Assembly: GCF_001194135.2 (NCBI RefSeq)
Contig: NC_069006.1
Location: 13,334,828 to 13,368,499 of the forward strand
Origin: Octopus bimaculoides
Taxonomy: Eukaryota
Reading direction: 5' to 3'
DNA: 33,672 nt
Shown: positions 1-11,039 of the stretch, in pieces
Numbering within the stretch: the stretch's first letter is position 1
Layout: each line of letters begins with the position of its first letter
The notes under the pieces: model-generated
The model's input: only the letters and a program-made list of their open reading frames with translations
Told to the model about the DNA's origin: nothing
Database searches by the model: none
Program-made: the position numbers and the translations under genes

Positions 1-36
<36 letters not shown>

Positions 37-399
37 CTAGTTTCGCTTCGTTCATGAGACAGTTGTCTACCCTGTCAGTATATATATGAATGTGCATTTA
101 CATAGATATAAATGGTTTAACGGTTATTTCGAGCAATATATGTGCTTGTGGCAGAAGCAATCACAGTTAGTGACAACTAAATTTTGCCTGTACAGCTTAT
201 ATTGCACCCAACTACACACATTAATTTTTGTGTGTGTGTGACTGCTCTAGTAGATTCTATACGCATATAAACAAGGAGTGTATTGTAGTGACATTAATGT
301 GTAAGAAATATACAGGGGTAGACATCTACTGATAAATAGGGGTGCATAAGGAAAGAGAAGGGTATGCCATCACTAAGCAGGGAGCATATGTCCCATACA

Positions 400-610
400 G
401 AATGTGTAGGTCACCGATAATAAAAAACTGTATGTTGCTGATGGTGAAACATGTCTGTGAGAGACAGGGATCCAGAATCAAGCAGCTCTTCAGTTTTTTA
501 CAATCCTGGAGAGGAATTACAAATGTCAGGCAAAAGAGACAGGTGATGAGTAGAAAATATTTTTCTTCACACTTGACTGAAGCTCCAGTTAAAAAAAGAT
601 GCTGAAATTT
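400..610 (-). mobile_element. Possible highly decayed LINE (L2/Crack-like) ORF2 C-terminal remnant
   Basis: Frameshifted minus-strand peptides QHLFLTGAS / LQDCKKLK / SLTDMFHHQQHTVFYYR loosely follow the HIWAGA..LLDRIQKKA..SLTD.L..L.HRR..SL.LFYRYY pattern. Similarity is weak and judged by eye. Confidence 0.25.
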
Positions 611-962
611 GATAACGCACAAGAATAAGGAGAAGACAAGGATAGCTACATCATCTGCCTGGTTTCACATTCACTATGTACACACACACACACAAGCCGT
701 ACCTATGCATGTGTGTGTGCATGTGCTATGATGAATAGAGCTATCACTAGTTAAGGTTATGAAATACTGGACTTTATATTTAGTTTTGTCTCCCTCCTTG
801 CAGCAGTTCTATAACTCCCAAGTTGATTCAATAAATCCCAGTAATATCTATGGGGACTACACTAACCAACAACTATTTCAGGATGCATCACTGCTGGTAT
901 AACTGACTATTTTATGTAGAAATACATATAAATGTATGAAATACGTGTGTGTGTGTGTGTAT

Positions 963-1088
963 ATCATCATCATCATTTAACGTCTGCTTTCCCTGCTGGC
1001 ATGGGTTGGACAGTTTGACATGGAGCTGTCCAGACTCCAATGCCTGTTGTGACATGGTTTCTACAGTTGGATGCCCTTCCTAATGCCA
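963..1088 (-). mobile_element. RTE-type 3' tail (truncated LINE or SINE tail)
   Basis: (CAT)n-TTTAACGTCTGCTTTCC..CATGGGTTGGAC..GGATGCCCTTCCTAATGCC is the same sequence as the 3' end of the RTE copy at 31967-32185. Confidence 0.85.
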
Positions 1089-1519
1089 TATACATAAGGC
1101 ATCAGAATGAAACATCAGTTGTGTACAGAGCAGTAATAAGGAATAAGAAATTATGGCATGTAAGGGACTTCATTAGCTTATAGCTGTTTCTGCTATAAGA
1201 CTCATGGTTGTAACACCAAGCACTAGTGGTTGAGTATTTGGAGCTTCAAAAATGAAGCACAATTTTATTTGAGGAAACACACATACACACACACACAGAA
1301 AAGCATTAACAAAATAAGATTGCACTTCGCTATAGCTTATGATAACACAAGCATTCAATAATAAGTGCAACGCACCTCAAAGTAGAAACAGATGTAAACT
1401 AATGAAGTTCTTGACATAATTTCTTGTTCTTTTATCATCATAATTCCTTATAACTGCTCTGCACTCAACTGGCACTTCATTTTGAAACATGTATACTGCG
1501 TGCAAACACCAGGTTATTA

Positions 1520-1692
1520 GTATCATCATGCCAGAGTGAGATAATCCTTTCTGTTATAGACACAAGGTCTGAAACTTGGCAGGAGGGAGCCAGTCAATTA
1601 GATCGACCCCAGTATGCAACTGGTACTTAATTCATCCTGAAAGGATGACAGACAAAGTCGACCTCGGCAGAATTTGAACTCAGAACGCCGGA
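1520..1692 (-). mobile_element. tRNA-derived SINE family B (GTTCAAATTCCGCCGAGGTCGAC type), partial
   Basis: B-box-like GAGTTCAAATTCTGCCGAGGTCGAC on the minus strand plus AAGTACCAG..CTGGGGTCGAT body. Homologous to 8367-8577, 10057-10230 and 27835-28041. Confidence 0.8.
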
Positions 1693-1719
1693 GTGAAATA
1701 ATAACATATGTGTTTTTTT

Positions 1720-1941
1720 ACCTTCCACTTGTTTCTGTCATTAGACTGTGGCCAGGTTGGGGCACCGCCTTCAGGAATTTCTTAGTTGAAGTAACTGACG
1801 CCAGTGCTTATTTTCTTTTCAAGCCTGGCACTTATTCTATCAGTCTTTTCTGCCAAACTGCTAGGTTACAGCAACATAAACACATCAACATTGGTTGTCA
1901 ATCAGTGGTAGGGGGACAACCACAAGATACAATGACACACA

Positions 1942-2005
<64 letters not shown>

Positions 2006-2150
2006 ACAGGCCTCTCTCAGTTTCCATTTACCAAATCCCCTCACAAGGCTTTTGCTGACCTGAAGCTATAGAAAATGACAGTTGCCTAAAATGATATGTT
2101 ATGGAATTGAACCCAGGACAAATTTCTTACCACACAGCAACTCCTGCGCT
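1720..2150 (-). mobile_element. tRNA-derived SINE family A (CORE-like domain, internal microsatellite), near full length
   Basis: Homologous along its length to the young copy at 30262-30686. Internal (AT)n at ~1945-2002. Confidence 0.85.
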
Positions 2151-2152
2151 TA

Positions 2153-2185
<33 letters not shown>

Positions 2186-2187
<2 letters not shown>

Positions 2188-2478
2188 CCCTGTCAGGTGC
2201 CACTTAAATGCACCCAGTTCACACTGTAAAGTGGATGGCATTTGGAAGGGCATCTAGCTGTAAAACCCTTACCAAAACTGACTTCCCCTGTGCATGTGCC
2301 ACATAAAAACACTAAGTCCACTTTGCTGAGTGATTGGTGTTAGGAAGGGCATCCAGCTGCAAAACTTCTACCAAAACAGTCACATAAGTCTGGTGAAGGC
2401 TTCTGCCTGTCTGGCTCTTTTGAAACTGCCCCACCCATGCTAGCATGGAAGGCAGATGTTAAACGATGATGATGATGA
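2186..2478 (+). mobile_element. RTE-type 3' tail with internal duplication
   Basis: Two consecutive GTGCCAC.TAAA.GCACC..GGAAGGGCATC.AGCTG units, ending ACCCATGCTAGCATGGAAGGCAGATGTTAAAC(GAT)n. Confidence 0.85.
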
Positions 2479-2480
2479 TA

Positions 2481-2537
<57 letters not shown>

Positions 2538-3364
2538 NNNNNNNNNNNNNNNNNNNNNNNNNNNNNNNNNNNNNNNNNNNNNNNNNNNNNNNNTATCAAA
2601 CAATCTGTTGAAAGCAAGCAGACCAAAACTACAAAGTCACTGTCACCCCACTTCTTGTAAAAGTATAATAAACATAGACTCTACAAATTCTTCAGTTTTA
2701 TATTGTTTTTATTATAATTTGGTGTATGTGTGTGTGTGTGTGTATGCATAAATGAAGGAATCTATTCTAATTATAAAATATTTTAAGACAAAACAAGTCT
2801 TCTAATTCCCTGAGAAATTCTACTGAATATATTAATTCTAAGACATGGAAGTTTGCAAAGAATTAAAAACAAAAACAAAAACAACCCATTCCTTTTACAT
2901 GCCTCACTTGGAAATATTAAAAGGATTATCATTATTTTTGTATAATGCTGGGGTGGAGTGGGGGCCTGCAGGAAGAATTCACAAGATTTCAAGAATGGAT
3001 AGATATCAAATTGGATTCTAGTTGCCATCTCCAGACCAATAGGAACATAAAAACCCAGTAATGTAGTACCGTATAATTAGCACTTGTTAATTATAGTGCA
3101 TTCCACATTGCTCAGAACATATAGGCTTGTTTATAGTAACACATGGTCCTAGTTAGAAGTCAATAACCTTGGGGAGTTAGGGTATGGCACTGAGGCTGTT
3201 TAGAGATGAGGATGTAGTTCATACTTATTGAAGATAACCGATTTTATGCGAAGGAGAGACATCTGTTGGAAATATTTTATTGACACTATGAGGTTTGGTA
3301 AAAGTTTGTGTGTGTATGTATTGTGTGTGTTTATTTATAGGTACACACATATATATATATATAT

Positions 3365-3665
3365 CTTTTACTAGTTTCAGTTGTCAGACCGTGGCCATGC
3401 TGGATCACTGCTTTGAAGAATTTTAGTTGAATGAATCAACCCCAATACTATTTTTTTTTAAGCCCAGTAATTATTGCACCAGTCTCATTTGCTGAATTAT
3501 GGGGATGTAAACAAACCAATACTGGAGGACAAACACAGACACACGACAGGATTCTTTCAGTTTCCGTCTACCAAATCTATTCACAAAGCTTTGGTTGGTC
3601 CAGGGTTATAGTAGATGACACTTGCCCAAGGTGTAACACAGTAGGACTGAACTTGGAACCATGTG
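3365..3665 (-). mobile_element. SINE family A
   Basis: CAGTTTCCGTCTACCAAATC..GACACTTGCCCAAGGTG (reverse complement of the CORE-like domain) plus the family 3' end GGCCATGCTGGA. Confidence 0.85.
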
Positions 3666-4014
3666 CATGTGTGTGTGTATATATATATATATATATAAAC
3701 ATGCAAATGAGTGCATATAAATATATAAGTATTATAAACAAACAAGAGAGACATTTCATTTGCCACATGACAGCTTGTATATAGATTTATTCTTTACAGA
3801 CATTCTCTGCGAATCTTTACATTTTTTTTTTACAGAATACTACTTGAAATCCTGCTCCATTCCAGATGGGTCTCAAGCAGTGAAATCCTTTTTTCACTAA
3901 CCCAACTAACTGTAACATGTAGCAAGAACCACTTCTAACAACCCAATTAGAAGTATATGCATATGTGCATACACATGTGTGGGCATACACATTTTATTTT
4001 ATTTATTTTTTTTT

Positions 4015-4200
4015 TATTGTGGTTTCACTCATTGACTTCAGCCATCCTGGTAAGGTTTTAGTCAAATGAATCCAACCCAATAATGTTTTTAAGCCTGATA
4101 CTTATTCTATCAACCCATTGTGCTGAACCGCTAAATCATGGAGACACAGACAAACCCACACCAGTTGTCAAGTGGTGATAGGGGACAAACACACACACAC
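4015..4200 (-). mobile_element. SINE family A, 3' half, decayed
   Basis: TACTTATTCTATC..CTGAACCGCTAA..CCAGTTGTCAAG motifs. Confidence 0.7.
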
Positions 4201-4218
4201 ATTGTGTGTGTGTGTGTG

Positions 4219-4830
4219 TCATCATCATCATCATTTAATGTCCGTTATCCATGCCAGAATGGGTTTGACGGTTTGACCGGGGGTTGGCACGCTGGAAGGC
4301 TGCACCAGAGTCGTCTGATTTGGCATGGTTTTTCTATGGCTGAATGCCCTTCCTAATGGCAACTACTCCAAGAGTGTAATGGGTGCTTTTACATGCCACC
4401 AGCTAGGGGGACCTTTATGTAACACCAAGGTTCTTTTATGTGCCAGTTTGCATGAAACCGTTATCTGCCGTGACTGATTTTGCTCGGCTTGATGGGTCTA
4501 TTCAAGCATGACATAATGTCAAAGGTCTTGGTCATTGCCTTTGTGTGGTCCAACACTCAAATGGAACTCAGCTACTTTGCCTCCGTGAGGCCCAACACTT
4601 GAAAGGTGTTCTTTACATGCCACCAGCATGGGTGCACTCGGCTTGACAGGTCTTCTCAAGCAAAGCATATCGCCAAAGGTCTCGGTCACTAGTCATTGCC
4701 TCTGTGAGGCTCAAAGTTCAAAGATCATGCTTCACCACTTCGTCCCATGTCTTCCTGGGTCTACCTCAACCACAGGTTCCCTCCACAGATATTGACATTT
4801 CTTTACACAACTGTCCTCGTCCATATGCAT
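4219..4830 (-). mobile_element. 5'-truncated RTE LINE: ORF2 end, 3' UTR and (GAT)n tail
   Basis: (CAT)n tail at 4219. Minus strand near 4700-4825 encodes frameshifted MDEDSCVKKC..GRPRKTWDEVVKHDL, the typical RTE C-terminus. Confidence 0.85.
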
Positions 4831-4835
4831 CATAT

Positions 4836-4975
4836 GAGCTTCATTCAGTTTCTGTCTACCAAATCCACTTACAAGGCCTTGGTTGGCTTAGGATTATAAT
4901 AAGAGACTTGCCCCAAAAGTGTCATGAACCTAGAATCGTGGTTTGGAAGCAAACTTCTTGCCACACAAGCACGCC
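4836..4975 (-). mobile_element. SINE family A, head and CORE-like part
   Basis: TCAGTTTCTGTCTACCAAATCCACTTACAAGGCCTTGG..GACTTGCCC. Confidence 0.75.
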
Positions 4976-5520
4976 AAGCCACGCGCACACACACGTTTAC
5001 TATTTAAGCATTGAGGGAGCTTCGTGAAAAATAGAAAAGGAAAAAAAAATAAGGTAAAAAACAGAAAATTAAAGAAAAAAAATAAAAGAACAGTAAAAAA
5101 ACCTGGAGTCCATTTTATTATCGAATCGTTTGTGAAGCAACTCTGATTCCAACCAGTTTAATAATTTTTAATTAAGCAAGCAGTCAAGTACAGGTTAATT
5201 AAAACAGACTAGTGTGGAGCTCTTCTATTATGAAGTCAAATATAGTCTCGGCGACTAAAGATAACTTTCCAATAACAGAGCTTTTTTTAAACACTTCCGG
5301 GGAAATAAAAATATGGATTTTTTTTTAGTAAGAATAATATCGGTAAAAATAATGATTAATATTAAAAAAGAAACAATATTTTTAATAGCAAAGGCTGTCA
5401 CCGAATTCAATATTTGTTGCTAATTATTACGGATCGACAACATTCACCTTTGTATAACCAAGTTGTCTTAATAATCCTAATATAAACCGACACCCGATAC
5501 ATACACACACACACATATAC

Positions 5521-5557
<37 letters not shown>

Positions 5558-5758
5558 CGTCGGACAAATGGCCAGCAATAGCAATTACTCCGGCTCAATC
5601 CGTTTTAAGTTCAAATGTTTGTCAAGATCAGCGTTGGCTTTCGTCTTTCCCGGGGGGTCCATAAAGTATCTGTCGACGATCGTATCGATTATTCAACAGC
5701 TACCCCCACCCCACTCCACCCGGTTATATGGAGGATTGTTTAGCGAGCAGCTTCTCAC

Positions 5759-5850
5759 CTAGCAATCAACGTTGCAACAAAATCGTCCAGAAAAAGAAAT
5801 CAGCGAACAGGTTGAGCAAGGACAGACTGGTGTATCAAAGCACGAATGTG
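5759..5850 (-). other. Candidate non-coding first exon (minus strand)
   Basis: Pyrimidine-rich leader ending TAG|GTGAGA (donor GT at 5758-5757). No upstream acceptor seen. The start is a guess. Confidence 0.3.
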
Positions 5851-6170
5851 TGTGTGTGTGGTTGTTTGTAGTTGAATTATATTGTAATCCATACTTGGAT
5901 TTATCTAATTGTTTGAGTTAGATAAACGAGGCAAGTTCAAGATGGTTACCCGAACTTCTAGAAATAGCAGTCAAACTCCCCTCCCATCCAAATACACGTT
6001 GCAGACATAAAGTAGGACGACGTCTACTGGAATTAATGAGTGACAGATCTCTTCAGTCGAAGGCCGAAACTGATACACCCGAATGTTGGGTAGAAGCAGC
6101 GACATTGAGACAACCAAAGACGTACTGCCGCCCTTCCCATATTTATTCTCAATTTATATATTGGATATAA

Positions 6171-6385
6171 CGAGGGGACCTCTACGTAGCATACTAGAAA
6201 CAACAACGAAATCTCCCTCAAATCACATCACACCATCTTAAAAAAGAAATAAGATGGGGAAGACATATTGAACAAAGTAGTTGTGGATATATAAACAAAT
6301 CAAGATGGTCACGACTGGAACGTCTTTAGTCACGAGTCAATTCAATCAGAGTTAGGAGGGGTGCTGGGGCTAAACAATAACAGCA
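6171..6385 (+). mobile_element. Unclassified ~200-bp (AAC)n-tailed repeat (family D), one full unit
   Basis: GAGGGGACCTCTACGT..CTAGAAA..AAATCTCCCTCAAATCAC..GATGGTCACGACTGGAA..GGGGCTAAACAATAAC. Fragments also at ~5945-5985 (+) and ~6415-6445 (-). Confidence 0.75.
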
Positions 6386-6883
6386 CCTTATTGACGACAG
6401 ACTGCTAGTTCAGTGAATTTGGCTGCTATTTCTAGCGCTCCCAACGCCCGTTGGCTCTCACATGCATGAAGTAATGCGTTTGTATATGTATATAGGCATG
6501 TATGTATGTGCGTGTGTGTGTGTATCGAACAAGGAGTGGGGGAAAACTGAAACATATGGCTGGTTTGTTATAAAGTGTTTGTACATAATAATTCCTTCTA
6601 AGTCAGCAATTTTAAGGAGATTGGGTAAGTCGATTAGATCGACCCCAGTATTTGACAAGTGATTTGGTTTATCGAACGAAACTCATTAAACTCCGAACAT
6701 AAAGAGCTGAGTGTTTATATATATATATATATAATGTGGTACAATATTGTTGTATAACGTTTTATATTTTATAATGCGTCGTACAAACAAAACAGCATTT
6801 AAATGGAAAATTTAATGAAAATATATATATATTTTTAAGTAGATTCCATTCACTACATTAATGTATATGTATGTATGTATATG

Positions 6884-6914
<31 letters not shown>

Positions 6915-6987
6915 CTATATATATACACACACACGCGCACACACAGAGAATGTGTGGATGGGTGTGTATGTATATGTATATACATAC

Positions 6988-7055
6988 ATTCTTTAATTCT
7001 TTTACTCGTTTCAGTCATTTGATTACGGCCATGCTGGGGCACCGCCTTTAGTCGA
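6988..7055 (-). mobile_element. SINE family A, 3' end
   Basis: TTTTACTCGTTTCAGTCATTTGATTACGGCCATGCTGGGGCACCGCCTTTAGTCGA, with CpGs intact. Confidence 0.8.
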
Positions 7056-7861
7056 TGATCTATATATATATATATATGTGTGTGTGTGTGCGTGTGCGTG
7101 TGTGTGTAACACACAGATGCACATGAAGGTCACAAAGTGTTCGCTCGTCAATAAGTCCTACGTCACATATTGAGTACTTTTTGTGTGTGTCTACTGTCAC
7201 AAACTCATATTCAATGGCCTAGAAACACCAAATTTACGACGTTGTTACTCTGAGTTTCGCGTTACGACTTTCCGACTCGCAGTCTCTCTCTCACACACAC
7301 ACACACAAGCAGGTATATAACGGCGGAAATTTTAAGTCCGCTTCAAGTGTTTTGAAATATGTGAGATACAATAAAATGTGGAAAATTCCCGGAAAAAAAA
7401 AAAAAAAATCGGAGAAATTCCAATTTAAGCGCGACAGCTCTTCCGAAAATCCTTCTAAATATATACACGCACACATGCGTGTGTGCGTGTTTGTACGTTT
7501 ACATATATACACCGACAGGCATGAGAGAGAGAAGAGGGGGAGTGTACATGTGTATGACACGTGTGTGTGTGTGTGTGTGTGTATGTGTGTGTGTGTTGTA
7601 ATTCATGAATAAATTAAACGGGTGTAACTCAAGTGAGAAAGTCCAAGACGATCAACGGTATCATGATACCGTACTATATAATCGTACGTGGCCCAGTTAT
7701 TAAGTCAAACCGCCACGTTTCAATATTTTATCTCAAATTACTTGTTGGTACTGTTCTTAATTCTCAGCATAACCACGTTTCACAAACGTGAACAACTCGT
7801 CGTTTTTCTTAAGACTGCCTACAATTTCATGATCAAGAGTAGCTTTTAAATGCTAGAATGA

Positions 7862-8000
7862 GATATGAGTGATCTGGCTGCTGTTTCTAGTGAGAAGAGC
7901 GGCCACGTAGACGCCATTATCGCTGCTGTTGTTTAACCCTAAGTATCGATGATCGGTAAAACCTGACATACGCCAAGACGTGACCATCCAGGTTTATTTT
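7862..8000 (-). mobile_element. Family D tandem junction (tail of one unit followed by head of the next)
   Basis: Minus strand reads GATGGTCACG..GGGTTAAACAACAGC then AGCGAT..TCTACGTGGCCGCTC..CTAGAAACAGCAGCCAGATC. Confidence 0.7.
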
Positions 8001-8069
8001 CTCCCTGAGAGTGAATCGTATTTCAGGTTATTTATTACTTAATCACTTTTAAGTCTTAGCCAAGCAGAC

Positions 8070-8270
8070 AACAGGGACCTTCTTTCTACACAACCAACTA
8101 GAAACAACAGCCAAATTACCCACAAAAAACATACCATCGTCCTAGAAAAAATAAGGGTAAACTGGTCGTTGTCATGAACCGAGATACACTGCATCTGAAA
8201 ATACGATGGAATGGATCATGGTTGGATTGTGTTTGAGCATAGCTCTGCTTCATCAGGATTTCCCTGGGGT
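8070..8270 (+). mobile_element. Family D unit, decayed
   Basis: CAGGGACC..CTAGAAACAACAGCCAAATT..GATCATGGTTGGA..GCTCTGCTTCATCAGG..CTGGGGTCAAA. Confidence 0.65.
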
Positions 8271-8366
8271 CAAAAAAAAAACCCAGCTTATGAACCTCAC
8301 GCACCCTCTTTCACTTGGTGCTAACGATTCTACCAGCTCACCGCCTTATGGTTGGACAAAATAATG

Positions 8367-8577
8367 ATTTCAAATTTTTGCCACAAGGGCAGCTTGGGGG
8401 AGGAGATTAAGTTGATTACATCTACCCCAGTGTGTAACTGGTACTTATTTAATCAATCCTGGAAGGATGAAAGGCAAAGTTGACCTTCACAGAATTTGAA
8501 CTCAGAACGTGGCAACAGACAAAATACCGCTAAGCATTTCACCCAGTGTGCTAACAATCCTGTCAGCACGCTGCCTT
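8367..8577 (-). mobile_element. SINE family B, full length, flanked by a ~20-bp direct repeat
   Basis: Complete head-to-tail homology to other family B copies. Flanks GCCTTATGGTTGG(A/T)CAAAATAAT at 8343-8365 and 8573-8595. Confidence 0.85.
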
Positions 8578-8759
8578 ATGGTTGGTCAAAATAATAAAAA
8601 CACCATATTTTATTTACTGTGTGAGCATATAAGTCACACCCATAACTTAGGGTTCGCCTTAATAGTCCTAGCTTTGCCCTGTGTATAATTCACATCCAGA
8701 TTGTTTTCAGTTAAAATCAAGAATGAAATAGTGCAACTTCCACACCAGTAAATATGGTA

Positions 8760-9380
8760 ACTATTTTTCCTATTAGCAACAGGGCAAATTTAAGACTGTT
8801 CTCATCAATACAGGTGACAAAAACTGTAATGCCTGAATTTGCACAATGTATAGCTCTGACTGCAAAATATTCTGGTAATATGTACATTCAAAGCAGAGCC
8901 CTCACTCTCCAGGTGACTCACTTTACAATTCCCATGCAGGTCGATTACTGATAATCTCAAAGAATGTGCAGAACTTATTGCTGAATGCTATGCTGGCATT
9001 TTTACTGCTGAAAATCCAAACGTAGATGTGTGCATAAATATTATGTAAGTCTTGAACTAAAACTACTGAATTGTTTAATGTTTTGAAAGGTGTAAGTCTC
9101 TAGGTGTAAATCAAGTGGACGTTTTGAAACCAAAGTAAAACCAGTTCTGGTTAGTGTAAAACTGGGTGGAGGGCAAAGCTCACAGGGAAGGATTGCCGAA
9201 TAGTGAAATGTATTGGGTCTGGAAAAAAAAAAACCCATCAAATTATAGCAGTAAAAGTGAAAGTAGAGTAAAGCTTTTACCTTGCCAACCCAGTATGAAC
9301 TAAGACCATCTATTGTGAGCTTTATAAAGTTAGATATCATGGCAGAACTTCAATTGGTAAACCTCTCCTGTTCCCCATCA
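8760..9380 (+). mobile_element. Decayed CR1/L2/Jockey-type LINE ORF2 remnant (endonuclease-RT linker)
   Basis: DCKIFW*YVHSKQ..(frameshift)..RSITDNLKECAELIAECYAGIFTAEN follows the K.FW.YV.SK..ITD..EKAE.L..YF.SVFT.E linker pattern. VNQVDVLK and FIKLDIMAELQLVNLSCSP lie downstream. Confidence 0.65.
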
Positions 9381-9646
9381 ATACTAATAAAAATCGATAA
9401 ATAAAAATAAAATAAAATGGTATCTAGACTATCAGATGTGGTAAATGGCTTATTGGAACAAGTTCATCATCTCTGACAAACGATCATTCAGCTTTTTTCC
9501 CCACTCTGGGGTTAGTTTATGTTTGGAGACAGCCCAAAGCTTTCAATTCTGATTGTATGACCCCCAACTGTGAGAGATAGAGGAGATATAATTTGGGTAG
9601 CCATATCATGGAATTCTCTTTTTTTTATATATATATATATATATAA

Positions 9647-10013
9647 ATCATCATCATCTTTTAACATCTGTTGTCCATGCTGGCATGGGTTGGACAGTTT
9701 GACTGGGCTGGCACACTGGAAGGCTGCACCAGACTCCGGTCTGATTTGGCAAGGTTTTCTACAGCTGGATGCCGTTCCTAACACCAACCACTCCAAGAGT
9801 GTAATGGGTGTTTTTACGTGCCATTTGTGACACTAAGGAGCATTTATATGCCACCAGCAGGGGTGCCAATTTGCATGGCACCGATATCTGCCACGACTGT
9901 GATTTTGCCTGGCTTAGTGGGTCTTCTCAAATCCAACGTAATGCCAAAGGTCTTGGTCATTGCCTCCGTGAGGCCCAACACTCAAAAGGAACTCAGCCAC
10001 TTTGCCTCTGTGA

Positions 10014-10016
<3 letters not shown>
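9647..10016 (-). mobile_element. RTE-type 3' UTR and tail sitting within an (AT)n tract
   Basis: (CAT)n..CATGCTGGCATGGGTTGGAC..CTGGATGCCGTTCCTAAC..CATTGCCTCCGTGAGGCCCAACACTC. (AT)n on both sides. Confidence 0.85.
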
Positions 10017-10056
<40 letters not shown>

Positions 10057-10059
<3 letters not shown>

Positions 10060-10230
10060 CAGTAAGCTGGCAGAATTGTTAGCACATTGGGCAAAATGCT
10101 TAGCAGTATTCCAACCATCTTTACATTTTGTGTTCAAATTCTGACGAAGTTGACTTAGCATTTCATCTTTTGGGATCAATTAAATAAGTACCAGCTTTAC
10201 ACTGGGGTTGATGCAATCACTTAACTACTC
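10057..10230 (+). mobile_element. SINE family B
   Basis: AGGCAGTAAGCTGGCAGAATTGTTAGCAC..GTTCAAATTCTGACGAAGTTGAC..AAGTACCAG..CTGGGGTTGATG. Confidence 0.85.
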
Positions 10231-10625
10231 CAGGGTATGAGTATAAAAAAAACAAAAACAAACCTGCTTTCCTCTGCCAAACTAGTGTGGCAGAGCAGGC
10301 TCATTAAAACCAGTGTGACCTCTATGGTGGAGGGAACATGTTGAGGCCCTTACTCTGCAGTGGACTAAACATGGGCCATCCAATACAAATACACACACAC
10401 ACACACACACACACAAACTCTCCTCTTCAATATTAAATGTTTTAAAATCCTTTTATTTTCTCAGAAGAGGGAAGGACTTATTCTTTCATTACTGAGAGGA
10501 TCAGTTATCAAACGCCATACCCACCTCTGACAAATGGCTCCATTATCTTGTAGTAGTTCTTTATTTTCAGTTTCAAATCAGTCTCAATTGAGAGCACTTG
10601 TGATCAAACATGTTCCAGATATAAT

Positions 10626-10869
10626 CAGGGCTGTGGAATCTGAGTAGGAGTCAGAAACAACGGGTAGCTGGAGTTGGAGTCGGAAAAACTATATCAACTT
10701 TGACCGACTCACAATGTCTTTATTCTTTAGGCCTACTCAAAATACAAGCATATGCTTTATGAGATATGTAGTCCACAATTACTTAATTACATAAAGAGGA
10801 ATCGGAGTCAGAGGTGCCAATAGTAGAGGAGTCAGAGTCAAAGTTTTTTGTTTCGACTCTACAGCCCTG
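10626..10869. mobile_element. Non-autonomous hAT-type MITE (244 bp)
   Basis: TIRs CAGGGCTGTGGAATC / GACTCTACAGCCCTG, repeated subterminal GGAGTC(A/G)G motifs, degenerate 8-bp TSD GATATAAT/GTTATGAC. Inserted in a family D copy (~10560-10930). Confidence 0.75.
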
Positions 10870-11039
10870 GTTATGACCATCCTGACTTTTCTTATATTAG
10901 GGATTATATCATCCAATATCTTTCATTTATACACTGCATCCATGTTGAAGTACTGCCTTGAAGAATTTTTGTCAAACGAATCAGTCCGGTTTTTATTCTA
11001 TCAGTCTCTTTGCCAAGCTGCTAAGTTACATGGATGTTC

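Larger units (their letters stand above)
4975..8215. promoter_or_regulatory. CpG-retaining, promoter-like domain 1
   Basis: CG is visibly frequent here and nearly absent from 1-4970 and 8.3-15 kb. ETS-like CCGGAAGT (minus 5293-5300), CRE-like ACGTCA 7160-7165, E2F-like TTTCGCG 7255-7261, TATATAA 7314-7320. Confidence 0.55.

Noticed and set aside
1163-1412. Imperfect ~18-bp inverted repeats suggesting a MITE
   Set aside because: Several mismatches, no TSD, and no second copy in the window.
3836-3900. Strong plus-strand acceptor (T)nACAG followed by short frames
   Set aside because: All frames stop within about 35 codons, there is no donor, and there is no upstream plus-strand evidence.
5728-5871. 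Plus-strand 47-aa ORF MEDCLASSFSPSNQRCNKIVQKKKSANR..
   Set aside because: Weak start context, runs into a TG tract, only a poor donor (GTTGAG), no recognisable homology.
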